From contig PQXB01000003.1 of assembly GCA_003194425.1 (NCBI GenBank), positions 1-32,000 of the forward strand: DNA of 32,000 nt, in the 5' to 3' direction. This document shows, piece by piece, positions 9,419 through 19,998 of the stretch. The notes under the pieces were generated by a model. The model made no database searches and was not told the origin of the DNA. It saw only the letters and a program-made list of their open reading frames with translations. Made by a program: the position numbers and the translations under genes. The DNA comes from Candidatus Methanophagaceae archaeon. Lineage in GTDB: Archaea; Halobacteriota; Syntropharchaeia; Alkanophagales; Methanospirareceae. The stretch's first letter is position 1. The number at the start of each line of letters is the position of its first letter.

Positions 9419-10373
9419 AATCTTGTGTGGAGACGCTGAAAAAATATTGCCCGAAATTGAAGACTGCTCAATTGACCTTGTCTTGACAGACCCGCCGTAT
9501 TTCTTGGACAAAATGGACAACCACTGGAGCCACAAAACCGTCTCAACCCTGACCGACTACTGCCGCACTGTAAAATCGCTCCCGCCGGTAATGAAGTTTG
9601 ACAAAGAGCAGGGGAAAAGATTTTACAAATGGTTTCTGAAAATCTCGAAGGAGTTGCAGAGGGTGTTAAAACCCGGCGGTTTCTTCTTCTCGTTCTCAAG
9701 CCCGCGGCTTTACCACAGAATGGCTTCCGCGGTTGACGACGCGGGTTTTTTGATACGGGACTGCTTTATTTGGCTTTACACGCAGAACCAGCCGAAAGCA
9801 ATGTCGCTCAACCATTTTATCGAGAAGTTGAACTGCGACGGAGAGACAAAAAATGAATTGAAAGAACGGCTGAACGGGTGGAAGACCCCGCAGATAAAAT
9901 CCTGCTTCGAGCCGATTGTGTTGGCTCAAAAGGAGTGCGAGAAGACTTTTCTGAACAACATCTTAAAGCACAACGTCGGGCTCTTAAACACGAGCGTGAA
10001 AATCGGAGTTGGAGAAAGGGTAGGAGAAGGAATGTTTCCCGCAAATGTCGTGACCACGCAAGAAATTAGCGAGGCTGTGGACAGGTGTTTTCTTCTGCCG
10101 AAGCCGAGCAAAGACGAGAAAGGAGTGTTCAACACGCACAGAACCGTGAAACCGCTGGCAATTTGTGAGCACTTAATCAAACTAACGACCTTCTCTGAAG
10201 AGGCGGTTGTTTTAGACCCTTTTGTAGGAAGCGGGACGACCGCGGTTGCAGCAAAGAAGTTGGGAAGAAAATTCGTTGGGATTGACAGTAACCGGGAGTA
10301 CGTGGAGGTTGCGTTGAGGAGGTTGGAAAAGTTAGGAAGACAGAAAAATGCTCACTTCTGGCAGGAAACTTGA
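9408..10373 (+). CDS. Beta-class N6-adenine/N4-cytosine DNA methyltransferase
   Basis: Motif IV TDPPY lies near the N-terminus and motif I DPFVGSGTT near the C-terminus, the beta-class permuted order. The ORF opens at 9378, but the family-typical N-terminus MLNKILCGDA starts at 9408. Confidence 0.88.
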   Translation: MLNKILCGDAEKILPEIEDCSIDLVLTDPPYFLDKMDNHWSHKTVSTLTDYCRTVKSLPPVMKFDKEQGKRFYKWFLKISKELQRVLKPGGFFFSFSSPRLYHRMASAVDDAGFLIRDCFIWLYTQNQPKAMSLNHFIEKLNCDGETKNELKERLNGWKTPQIKSCFEPIVLAQKECEKTFLNNILKHNVGLLNTSVKIGVGERVGEGMFPANVVTTQEISEAVDRCFLLPKPSKDEKGVFNTHRTVKPLAICEHLIKLTTFSEEAVVLDPFVGSGTTAVAAKKLGRKFVGIDSNREYVEVALRRLEKLGRQKNAHFWQET

Positions 10374-11223
10374 GGAGTTGCGGAGAGGCGTAAGAGAGAG
10401 AGGGAGGGCGGAAGGCGGGTTAGTTGTCGCTTTCTCGGGCGGTGTGGACAGCGGTCTTCTGCTGACTGTTGCTCACGAGGTGCTGGGAGAAGTTGGAGCG
10501 AGGGTCTTGGGGGTGACGCTCGAGAGCGAACTCTTGCCAAAGCGGGAGTTAGAGCAGGCGAGGAGTTTTTTAGAACGCACGGGCGTCCGGCACAGGCGAG
10601 TGCAGTTCGCGTGGCAGGAGAACGAGGATTTTGTCAGGAACCCGCGAGAGAGGTGCTATTTTTGTAAGAAGCAGTTTTCGCGGGTCTTAAAGGCGGTTGC
10701 AGCGGAAGAAGGGCTAAAAACCGTCGCAGAGGGGGTTACCGCCTCCGACCTTGTGCAAGACCGTCCTGGAATCGCCGCAGCGGAAGAAGAAGGCGTTTGG
10801 CACCCGCTGGCGGAAGTCGGGCTAACGAAGGTGGAGGTGCGGCAGGCGGCGAAGGAGTTGGGTCTGCCTTTCTGGGACAAGCCCGCTTCTCCGTGCTTGG
10901 CTACGAGGATTGAGCACGGCGAGCGGGTAACGGTGGAGCGGCTGGCGCGGGTGGAGGCAGCGGAGAATTTCTTGAAGGATTTGGGCTTTGGCTGGCACAG
11001 CGTCGGGCAAGGCAGGCACGGAGAAGGGCAGGTTAGGGTTAGGCTGCACCGCGGGGGAGTAGCGAGGCTTGAGGTTGAGAGAGAGGAGTTTGAAGCGTTC
11101 TTAGACGGAAAGAAGCTTGAGGAGATTTGTGGCAGGCTGAAAGGGCTTGGGTTCAATTTCGTCACGCTTGACCTCGAGGGCTACAGAAATGAAATAAAAG
11201 GAGCAGTTGGAGGGAGAGTGTAG
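10348..11223 (+). CDS. LarE-family PP-loop ATP pyrophosphatase / sulfur transferase (COG1606 type)
   Basis: PP-loop VVAFSGGVDS, plus CYFCKK and ASPCLATRI motifs. The C-terminal region ends with VRVRLHRGGVARLEV. The start overlaps the MTase 3' end by 26 bp. Confidence 0.75.
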   Translation: MLTSGRKLEELRRGVRERGRAEGGLVVAFSGGVDSGLLLTVAHEVLGEVGARVLGVTLESELLPKRELEQARSFLERTGVRHRRVQFAWQENEDFVRNPRERCYFCKKQFSRVLKAVAAEEGLKTVAEGVTASDLVQDRPGIAAAEEEGVWHPLAEVGLTKVEVRQAAKELGLPFWDKPASPCLATRIEHGERVTVERLARVEAAENFLKDLGFGWHSVGQGRHGEGQVRVRLHRGGVARLEVEREEFEAFLDGKKLEEICGRLKGLGFNFVTLDLEGYRNEIKGAVGGRV

Positions 11224-11227
11224 CGTT

Positions 11228-12139
11228 TTAATGCTCTCGGAAGTGAAATCTGAAAGGCAGCGTCCCCTTCGTCTCGTACACCGCCCACGAGAAGTACAGC
11301 AGTGCGTAGAGCCACAGGAAAGCATAATAAATGCAGATCGTAACATTCTCGCTGACGCCGATTGGAAAAATTGTAGAGAAGAGAATGTACAGGAGCATAA
11401 AAGTAACGGGAACCGAGAGAATGGACGCAAAGACCGTTAGCCACGCAACAGAGTTGCTAAAGAGTCGGAATTCACTTGTAATTAGCGCCCACCAGAGCAC
11501 AAAAAATGCGAGCGTGATGTAGTGAATGCCGCCTAAATTGACCTCGATCATCAAGAAAAAGGCGGACATCGTAATTATCGCCAAGAGGATGGATTTTACA
11601 GCGAAAGCCATTGAAGTGCCGGGAACTATCGCCCTTCTTACCTCCGCCTCCCCTCTCACCCCTCTCGCCCTCGCTCCCTCTCCCTCCCCTTCTGCCCCCC
11701 CCGTACCTACCGCCGCGCCAACTTTTGGTTTCACCTGCTCCTCAATCACGGTCTCAACCATTCGGTCGATTTTGTTGATGCGACTTTCTAATCCTTCCAT
11801 TCCAACCTGCGTCTCGGCTACCTTCCGCAGCACCGGCTCCAGCCGCGTGTAAATCCCCTTTTCAAAGGCAGAATTCACGAGACTCTCGTAGTAGACCGAT
11901 TTTTTGTAGATGCGAACCGAGAAATGCCCGAGTGCGCCGCCGACCGCGAGGAAGACAAAATCAACCACGACGCCGTGCAAGTTAAATTGAAGGAGCAGGT
12001 CAACCGCAAGCGAGAAGAGCGAGAAGGCGGTTAGAACCGCAGCGATGACCAGACTAATCGCTAACCCTACCTTCTCGGTCGCGGGCATCGTTGCGGTTGC
12101 CCCGCTGGCTTGTGGTGTCGGCGTCGGTGCGTTCCCCAT
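11228..12139 (-). CDS. Polytopic membrane protein of unknown function
   Basis: 303-aa ORF with two N-terminal and about four C-terminal hydrophobic helices. They flank a soluble helical segment that has a GAEGEGEGARARG low-complexity insert. No family recognised. Confidence 0.55.
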   Translation of the reverse strand: MGNAPTPTPQASGATATMPATEKVGLAISLVIAAVLTAFSLFSLAVDLLLQFNLHGVVVDFVFLAVGGALGHFSVRIYKKSVYYESLVNSAFEKGIYTRLEPVLRKVAETQVGMEGLESRINKIDRMVETVIEEQVKPKVGAAVGTGGAEGEGEGARARGVRGEAEVRRAIVPGTSMAFAVKSILLAIITMSAFFLMIEVNLGGIHYITLAFFVLWWALITSEFRLFSNSVAWLTVFASILSVPVTFMLLYILFSTIFPIGVSENVTICIYYAFLWLYALLYFSWAVYETKGTLPFRFHFREH

Positions 12140-12160
12140 TTCTGTTCTAAATCCCGCTCA

Positions 12161-13057
12161 TTAAATTTTGCTCATCAAATCCTCAACCTCAGGGTCAGAG
12201 CAGACTTCTACGGGCTTGCCGTCTGTCAAGTTGCAAATCAACGCAGTTAAGACCTTCGCTTCCTGCTCCTCGCCGATGCTTGTGCCAGCGCCGGGTCGGT
12301 AATATTTGCAGCCCAGAACCAGTGTCGGCACGCCACCACCGGGATTATATTTCTCGAAGATTTCCCTGTCCGCGCTGAAATTTCCCATATTGTCGTGCAG
12401 CGAAATGAAGCCCTCGAACTTTGCGGTGACATTCTGGAAGACTGGATGCTCCCACTTGCAGTACCCGCACCCTTCGGAACCGAAGAAATAAATAATCGGT
12501 TTCCCTTCGCCTTCTTCTCCTTCTTCTCCTTCTTCGCTACCCTCTCTGCAGACCTCGTCCTCGCTCACTTTAAAATTGCCAATGGTTCTTACTTCTAGCT
12601 CCTCCTCTTCTTTCTCCGCTGACTGATTCTCCGCTGCTGTTTGATTCTCTGTTTGATTCTCAATTTCTTTTTCCTGCTGCTCTACCATTTTCTTGAATTC
12701 TTCGACTTCAATTCCGGTTGGGAAGATCAGTTTGCCGTCTCTTGAAATGTAAGAGTTTCCAGGCTGTGAGATTCCAAACGCGGAAGAAATATTGAACGCC
12801 ACTTTGTACAAGCCCGCTCCCTCTACCTCAGTCGCATTTACCAACTCAACCTCAACGCCTGGCGGAAGACCACCGTAATTCATGATAAAATCCACCGTCG
12901 CGTTACCTGCTTCGTCTGCTGTTAGCACCTCTGCGGTGCCAGTGCCAGTAGAGGGGCTTTGAGTTTGAAAAGAGAGCCCGAACGATCCGACTACAACTCC
13001 AACTACCACACCAACCACCAGTCCAAGAGCCAAAACACCGACTGTCTCTGTCTTCAT
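12161..13057 (-). CDS. Membrane-anchored thioredoxin-fold thiol:disulfide oxidoreductase
   Basis: N-terminal signal anchor (VLALGLVVGVVVGVVVG). C-terminal thioredoxin-like domain with a CGYC active site (IIYFFGSEGCGYCKWEHP...GGVPTLVLG). Acidic repeat-rich linker. Confidence 0.65.
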   Translation of the reverse strand: MKTETVGVLALGLVVGVVVGVVVGSFGLSFQTQSPSTGTGTAEVLTADEAGNATVDFIMNYGGLPPGVEVELVNATEVEGAGLYKVAFNISSAFGISQPGNSYISRDGKLIFPTGIEVEEFKKMVEQQEKEIENQTENQTAAENQSAEKEEEELEVRTIGNFKVSEDEVCREGSEEGEEGEEGEGKPIIYFFGSEGCGYCKWEHPVFQNVTAKFEGFISLHDNMGNFSADREIFEKYNPGGGVPTLVLGCKYYRPGAGTSIGEEQEAKVLTALICNLTDGKPVEVCSDPEVEDLMSKI

Positions 13058-13180
13058 TTTCCCGCCGCCTCCTTTCTTCTCTGCTTTCCCTGGCTTCTCT
13101 GCTTCCCTTTTCCTACTCCTTCTCCTTTACCTTTCTCTTCGCTCAACATTTGACAACACTTACTCTCTAAATTTCAAGAC

Positions 13181-13188
13181 TATAAAAA
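13181..13188 (+). promoter_or_regulatory. Candidate TATA box for dph2
   Basis: tataaaaa lies about 27 bp upstream of ATG 13215, consistent with a near-leaderless transcript. Confidence 0.3.
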
Positions 13189-13214
13189 CCTCTTCTAATT
13201 TTCACAGAAACGCA

Positions 13215-14243
13215 ATGAAAAATCACGCTTACGACTTTGAGTTGGAGAAGATAAAAAGGTTGGTGAGGGAGAAGGGGGCGAGAAGGGTAGGGCTGCAGCT
13301 GCCCGAGGGGCTCAAGACAGTGGCGACCGAACTCGCTGCGGAGATTTCAGGAGCAGCGGGAACTGAAGCGGGTGCGGAGGAAGTGGAAGTCTTAATTTCT
13401 GGGAACTCGTGCTTCGGGGCGTGCGACGTGGACGAACGGCTGGAGCGGGTCGTTGACCTGCTCTTTCATTTCGGACACACTTTTTCTTTTCAAAAAAGAA
13501 AACCTGTGCTAAAAGAAAAAGAAAAAACGCCGGAGAAGGTTGTTTTCGTAGAGCTCAGGAGCAGTGCAGACCTTAAGCCCGCGGTGGAGAAGGCGGTAGC
13601 CGCGATAAAAGGGGAGGTGGTAGGACTGGTAGCGACGGTGCAGCACGCCCACGCCTTAAAGGAGGCTGAAGAGGTGCTTGCTCGGTTTGGAAAGAAGGCA
13701 GAAATCCGGAAATCCAGGAATTTAAAATACGAGGGGCAGGTCTTGGGTTGCGACTTCTCCGCCGCAGTTGGCAGTGCCTGCGAGGACTGCGAGGAGGTTT
13801 TGTTCGTTGGCACGGGCAGTTTTCACCCAACTGGGCTCGCCCTCTACACAGGGAAGCGAGTAGTCGCGGCTGACCCGTTCACGGAGCAAGTGAGCGTCTT
13901 CGAGCCTGAAGAACTGCGGAAGAGGCGCTGGCTCGAGATTGCACGAGCGTTGGACGCGAGGTCTTTTGGGATAATTTTGAGTCTAAAGAGCGGGCAGTTC
14001 AACCAGGAAGCCGCGGTCTCGTTGCGGAGAAGAGCAGCAGAAAGAGGGTTAAAAGCGTTTTTGCTCGCTTTTGACGAAGTGAGCGAGGAGAGACTGCTCG
14101 GGTTCAAGACCCAGGTTGACGCTTTCGTGAACACTGCGTGTCCGAGGTTGGCGGAGGATTTCGTTCATTTTGAGAAGCCCGTTCTCTCTGCCGCGGAGTT
14201 TGAGGTCGTTCTCGGCGAGAGGGAGTGGGAGGCGATTTTTTAA
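13215..14243 (+). CDS. dph2: Diphthamide biosynthesis radical-SAM enzyme Dph2 (2-(3-amino-3-carboxypropyl)histidine synthase)
   Basis: Contains YDFELEKI...VGLQLPEGLK...SGNSCFGACDV...HFGH. 342 aa, the typical archaeal Dph2 size and layout. Confidence 0.85.
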   Translation: MKNHAYDFELEKIKRLVREKGARRVGLQLPEGLKTVATELAAEISGAAGTEAGAEEVEVLISGNSCFGACDVDERLERVVDLLFHFGHTFSFQKRKPVLKEKEKTPEKVVFVELRSSADLKPAVEKAVAAIKGEVVGLVATVQHAHALKEAEEVLARFGKKAEIRKSRNLKYEGQVLGCDFSAAVGSACEDCEEVLFVGTGSFHPTGLALYTGKRVVAADPFTEQVSVFEPEELRKRRWLEIARALDARSFGIILSLKSGQFNQEAAVSLRRRAAERGLKAFLLAFDEVSEERLLGFKTQVDAFVNTACPRLAEDFVHFEKPVLSAAEFEVVLGEREWEAIF

Positions 14244-14253
14244 GCTTACAAGC

Positions 14254-15252
14254 CTACAAATATTCCACCGCACCGCTCGAATGCACCCTCGCAGACGCCT
14301 TACGAGCCGCCCAGCACTGAAAATTTACCGCCACGGGCAGGCTTGTGATGTGCGTGTCCGCGGTCTCTACGAGGACGTCGAGCGCGGTTGTTCTCCCGCC
14401 TAAGCCCATCGGACCAATTCCCGTGCGGTTCACTGCCTCAAGAAGTTCCGTCTCAAGCCGCGCCACTCTTTCTTCTTTGTTCCGCTCGCCGACGGGTCGG
14501 AGCAGCGCTGCTTTCGCCAAAAACATCGCCAAATCCGCAGACCCTCCTACGCCCACTCCAACAATCGTCGGCGGGCAGGGCTTCCCCGCAGCCTTGACCA
14601 CCGCCTCGAGAACAAACTCCTTAATTTCCCGCACCGCCTCCTCCTCGGGCTTGGGAGAGAGCATTCTAAAAGCACTCATATTTTCTGACCCCCCGCCCTT
14701 CGGAAACGCCGTCAACTCAATCCCGTCAAAATCCGCCTCTGCAACATTCGCAATCTTGTAATTCACACTCGGCATCCCGCGACCTGTGTTCCCTTCCCTC
14801 CCTCTCCCCTTACCGCCCACTCTTGTCAACGCATTTACCACGTTCGGACGCAGCGGAATTGTCTCCGTCGCTTCCTTCACGCCCTCGATTATGCCTCGTT
14901 CAATTTCGACGAGGGACAGATTTAAGTTCCTACCACTCCCTCTTCCGTTTCCGAACTTCACGAAAAAGAGCGGTAGTCCCGTGTCCTGACACAAGGGTCG
15001 CTGCAGCTCTTCCGCAAGCCGCACGTTCTCAAGCATCGCCTCCAACTGCACCTTCGCGATCTCGTTCCCTTCTCCTTCGCACCCGCACTCGCACCCGCAC
15101 CCGCACCCGCACTCGCACTCGCACTCGCACCCGCACTCGCACTCACGCTCGTACGCCCGCGCCAACGCTGCTTTCACATCTTTCGGAAGCGTCGTCTCCG
15201 CCCGCCTCAAAATCTCTGCTGTTACGCCTCTAATCAGTTCTTTCGAGAGCAT
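14254..15252 (-). CDS. Class I (Fe-S) fumarate hydratase / tartrate dehydratase alpha subunit carrying a 22-aa alternating-Cys insert
   Basis: Contains LPKDVKAALARAYERE...QLEAMLENVRLAEELQRPLCQDTGLPLFFVKFG and the rest of the alpha-subunit fold. The ORF opens at 15306, but MLSKELI at 15252 is the family-like start. Insert: CECGCECECECGCGCGCECGC. Confidence 0.85.
   Translation of the reverse strand: MLSKELIRGVTAEILRRAETTLPKDVKAALARAYERECECGCECECECGCGCGCECGCEGEGNEIAKVQLEAMLENVRLAEELQRPLCQDTGLPLFFVKFGNGRGSGRNLNLSLVEIERGIIEGVKEATETIPLRPNVVNALTRVGGKGRGREGNTGRGMPSVNYKIANVAEADFDGIELTAFPKGGGSENMSAFRMLSPKPEEEAVREIKEFVLEAVVKAAGKPCPPTIVGVGVGGSADLAMFLAKAALLRPVGERNKEERVARLETELLEAVNRTGIGPMGLGGRTTALDVLVETADTHITSLPVAVNFQCWAARKASARVHSSGAVEYL
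15079..15144. repeat. Hexanucleotide array, 11 units of GCACYC (sense strand GRGTGC), encoding (E/G-C)x11
   Basis: Read directly: gcaccc/gcactc units with no interruption; in frame in the fumarase gene. Confidence 0.95.
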
Positions 15253-15293
15253 TAAACTTTTTCGCCTCGCAAATTGATAACTTCTAAAAAGTT

Positions 15294-17360
15294 TTAAGCC
15301 AGCCACCTGTGCAGAAGCATCGCGATTAAATACAGCGCGAAAAAGAGAAGAACCAGCAGCAACCCTGTCCCGATGCTCATCTTCTGCAGGTGCTCGTCTA
15401 CAGGTCGCATTTTCATCTCCTCCAAGTCCTGCTCGTAGCGCTTGTAGACTGGGTGAAACAAGGGGTTGAAGACGAAGACGAAAGGTTTTAGCAGTGACAG
15501 AACGATTAAGTCCCGCCCCATTCGCGTCGCTTTAAGCGGGTTCTTGCTGAAGTCCGCGAAGAGCGAAACAACCCGCAACAGTCCCCGCTCCAACAGCCTC
15601 GCAAAACTCAAGACCGGCCCCTCGCAGAGCCAAATGAACCTTCTACCCGCTTTTCTGTAAATGTAATCGATGTCGTAGGTTACCCTCTCGTGCGGCATAA
15701 TTAAGACCCGCAGTGCGAAGAACATAAATCCAGTCATCGCCAACAACTCTATCGTGCCCAAAGTATGCCCAACAGAGTATGCCTGATATTCAAAAGCGTC
15801 CGCCGGATACGGAAGAATTTCGTAAAGCATCCGCGGATAAACGCCAATCGCAACGCAGAGGAACGCGGTAACGCACATCGGAATAAGCATTAACAACGGC
15901 GCCTCCTTCACCTCTCCTACCCCCTCTCTCCTCTCACCCCCTCTCTCCTCTCGCCTCTCTCTCCCACTTTTCCCCACTCGGCCTCCCTCTCGCCTCTCTC
16001 TCACCGCTCTCTCCATTTCCTCGTTTCGTCTGAAAAAAGTGAAGTAAGTGAGTTTCAAGAACGAGAGAAAAGTCCCTACAGAACCGAGCATCAAAGCAAG
16101 AGCGAGAATGTGCATCTCTTTCAACTCCGCAGCGTGAATTATCATCCCCTTGCTCACGTACCCGTTAAAGCCCACGACGCCTGAAATCGAGAGTGCCGCG
16201 ATCACACAAGTTACCGTCGTCACCGGCATCTTCCTCGCCAGCCCCCCGAGTTCCGTGAGGTTGCTCTTTCCTGTCCGAAAAATTACCGCTCCCATACACA
16301 TAAACAGCAGAGCCTTGTACAGAATGTGGTTGAAGACGTGTGCGATTCCGCCGTTTATTCCCATCTGCACGACCTCTCCGTGCACCACGACCGCCCCGAT
16401 TCCGACGCCCGCGACCATGTAGCCGACCTGGGAAATTATGTGGTAGGAGAGGAGTTTCCGCACATCGTTCTGCAGCAACGCAAACACAACGCCGTAAACG
16501 CACATCACGCCGCCAATGTACGCGACTGCCTCTACGCCCGGGAAAGTCCGAGCCAGCACGTAGACGCCCGTCTTCGTCGTGTAGACAGACATAAACACGG
16601 CACCCGCGATCGTCGCCTTCGGGTAAGAGTCCGGCAGCCAAGTGTGCAGCGGTATAAAAGCGGCGTTCACGCCGATTCCGACAAGCAAGAGGAAGTAGCC
16701 CAAGCCCGGTTCGACAGGTCCCACCGCGATGTTGCCGGTGCTCATATAATTAATAATTATCCCTGCGAGAAGCGCACAGCCGCCGAAGAGGTGAAACAAA
16801 ATATACCGCATTCCCGCGTTCGTCGCCCGCTCGGTTCGGCTGTACCAAATCAGCCCGAGCGAAGAGAACGCCATTATTTCCCAAAAAATGTAGAGCGTGA
16901 AGAAGTCGCCTGCGAAAACCGCACCCAACGCACTCCCCAAATAAAGCAGCCCGCACGCAACCTCGCCGTTCTCTCTCGTCGCAGGGAGCGAGTACAAAAT
17001 CGCAGCAGCACCGATTAAAGCGAAAATGTAGCCCATTATTCGGCTCAGCGGGTCAACGTGCAAGAAAGTCAGCACAAACCCCGAGACAGGAAATTCCCAC
17101 GACGTCTGCGGTCTCAGCACTGCCACACTGACTAATCCAACCGCCGCCAGAAGGATGAGGTAGATTTTCCTTGCCGTCTCCGATGCCCCTCCGCCAGCTG
17201 CCGTGCCTGCCGTCGTGCCTGCCGTCGTGCCTGCCGCCGTCGTGCCTGCCGTCCTGCCTGCCGTCCTGCCTTTCCCGAAGAGAGGCAGCAACGCCGCTCC
17301 TGCAAGGTAAATAAAAGCAGGCGGGACGGCGGGCAGAATATTTGCTACGCTCTCAATCAT
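15294..17360 (-). CDS. NuoL/MrpD-like antiporter-type membrane subunit (Proton_antipo_M family), paralogue B, with a C-terminal lateral-helix-like extension
   Basis: 688 aa and about 14 or more TM helices. Family motifs FWEIMAF, LHTWLPDSYP, TTKTGVY, SQVGYM and GYVSKGMII. The tail is DIDYIYRKAGRRF...FSKNP...RYEQDLEE followed by a final TM. Two repeat-derived inserts: GRTAGRTAGTTAAGTTAG... and RERREGGR...ERREERGGERREG. Confidence 0.8.
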   Translation of the reverse strand: MIESVANILPAVPPAFIYLAGAALLPLFGKGRTAGRTAGTTAAGTTAGTTAGTAAGGGASETARKIYLILLAAVGLVSVAVLRPQTSWEFPVSGFVLTFLHVDPLSRIMGYIFALIGAAAILYSLPATRENGEVACGLLYLGSALGAVFAGDFFTLYIFWEIMAFSSLGLIWYSRTERATNAGMRYILFHLFGGCALLAGIIINYMSTGNIAVGPVEPGLGYFLLLVGIGVNAAFIPLHTWLPDSYPKATIAGAVFMSVYTTKTGVYVLARTFPGVEAVAYIGGVMCVYGVVFALLQNDVRKLLSYHIISQVGYMVAGVGIGAVVVHGEVVQMGINGGIAHVFNHILYKALLFMCMGAVIFRTGKSNLTELGGLARKMPVTTVTCVIAALSISGVVGFNGYVSKGMIIHAAELKEMHILALALMLGSVGTFLSFLKLTYFTFFRRNEEMERAVRERREGGRVGKSGRERREERGGERREGVGEVKEAPLLMLIPMCVTAFLCVAIGVYPRMLYEILPYPADAFEYQAYSVGHTLGTIELLAMTGFMFFALRVLIMPHERVTYDIDYIYRKAGRRFIWLCEGPVLSFARLLERGLLRVVSLFADFSKNPLKATRMGRDLIVLSLLKPFVFVFNPLFHPVYKRYEQDLEEMKMRPVDEHLQKMSIGTGLLLVLLFFALYLIAMLLHRWLA
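17197..17272. repeat. 12-bp-period tandem array (gtgcctgccgtc and variants) encoding GRTAGRTAGTTAAGTTAGTTAGTAAG
   Basis: Read directly; in frame near the 5' end of CDS 15294..17360. Confidence 0.85.
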
Positions 17361-17547
17361 CCTGCTTCCCCTCTCTTTGTATCGCCGACAATATTTTCAT
17401 CGCCAGCACGAAAAACCCAACTCCTGCCGCTCCGTACAAGAGATAGAACCACACAAAATGCTTGCTGTACACGATCAAGACCACAGACGCGACCAACGCC
17501 GCCACTACGCCTACCGCCACTGCTTTTAGTATATTCTCTATCTTCAT
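17353..17547 (-). CDS. Small 2-TM membrane protein translationally coupled to NuoL-like paralogue B
   Basis: MKIENILKAVAVGVVAALVASVVLIVYSKHFVWFYLLYGAAGVGFFVLAMKILSAIQREGKQDD. Its stop overlaps the downstream ATG by 8 nt (ATGATTGA). The ORF track opens at 17634, but that region looks like promoter sequence. Confidence 0.55.
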   Translation of the reverse strand: MKIENILKAVAVGVVAALVASVVLIVYSKHFVWFYLLYGAAGVGFFVLAMKILSAIQREGKQDD

Positions 17548-17575
17548 CGTCTTCAATGTGTGTGTTTTTTCACTC

Positions 17576-17583
17576 TTTATAAA
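17576..17583 (-). promoter_or_regulatory. Candidate TATA box (palindromic tttataaa) for the second small-TM/NuoL-like module
   Basis: It sits in an A/T-rich patch 29 bp upstream of ATG 17547. Confidence 0.3.
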
Positions 17584-17703
17584 CTTCAAGAAGAATCTAT
17601 GTTGGTGTATGTGTGCCTCAATATGTAGGTGCATAAACCCTACCTGCTCAAGCTCAGACAGGCAGGGTCAGCAACCTTCTTTTCCTCTCCTTCTTCTCTA
17701 CTT

Positions 17704-17759
17704 TTCTCTTCTCCTTTCTTTCCCTTTCGGCTTCTCTTCTCCTTTCTTTCCCTTTCGGC
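17704..17759. repeat. Perfect 28-bp tandem duplication inside a ~190-bp tract that is CT-rich on the plus strand (17650-17835)
   Basis: ttctcttctcctttctttccctttcggc at 17704-17731 and again at 17732-17759. Intergenic, between the two NuoL-like modules. Confidence 0.9.
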
Positions 17760-17840
17760 TTTTCCCTCCTCTATTCTCTCTTCTCTTCTCTCTTCTTCGT
17801 TCCCTTTTCTTCTCCTCTCCCCCACTCTCTTCGGCTCGCT

Positions 17841-19731
<1,891 letters not shown>

Positions 19732-19739
<8 letters not shown>

Positions 19740-19992
19740 AATAATTCACCTCCTTCTGCAGCCAGCGGTGCCCCAGCGCCTTCGAGACGACGATGATAAG
19801 AATGCAGCCAACGAAGCCGTAGATCGCGCTGAACCCCGGGATCTCCTGCCACACGAACGCGGCGTGAGCCTGCTCGTGGGAAAGAGGAGGGGAAAGAAGA
19901 GGCACAAGCAGTTCCGCCACTACACTCGCCGCGAGGCACGCGTACAAGATTCCAAACAACTGCTTCTGCCTTTTTTTTGTCTCCATTTTCAT
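19732..19992 (-). CDS. Small 2-TM membrane protein translationally coupled to NuoL-like paralogue A
   Basis: 86 aa with two hydrophobic helices. Its stop overlaps the downstream ATG by 8 nt (ATGACTGA), the same geometry as the 17353..17547 / 15294..17360 pair. Confidence 0.55.
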
Positions 19993-19998
19993 CCCTCT

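Noticed and set aside
9023-10373. Mobile-element boundaries for the R-M islet (integrase, transposase, direct repeats, tRNA target)
   Set aside because: No such genes or flanking repeats are visible, and the nearest tRNA (6100..6184) is 3 kb away. The islet is called only on composition and gene content.
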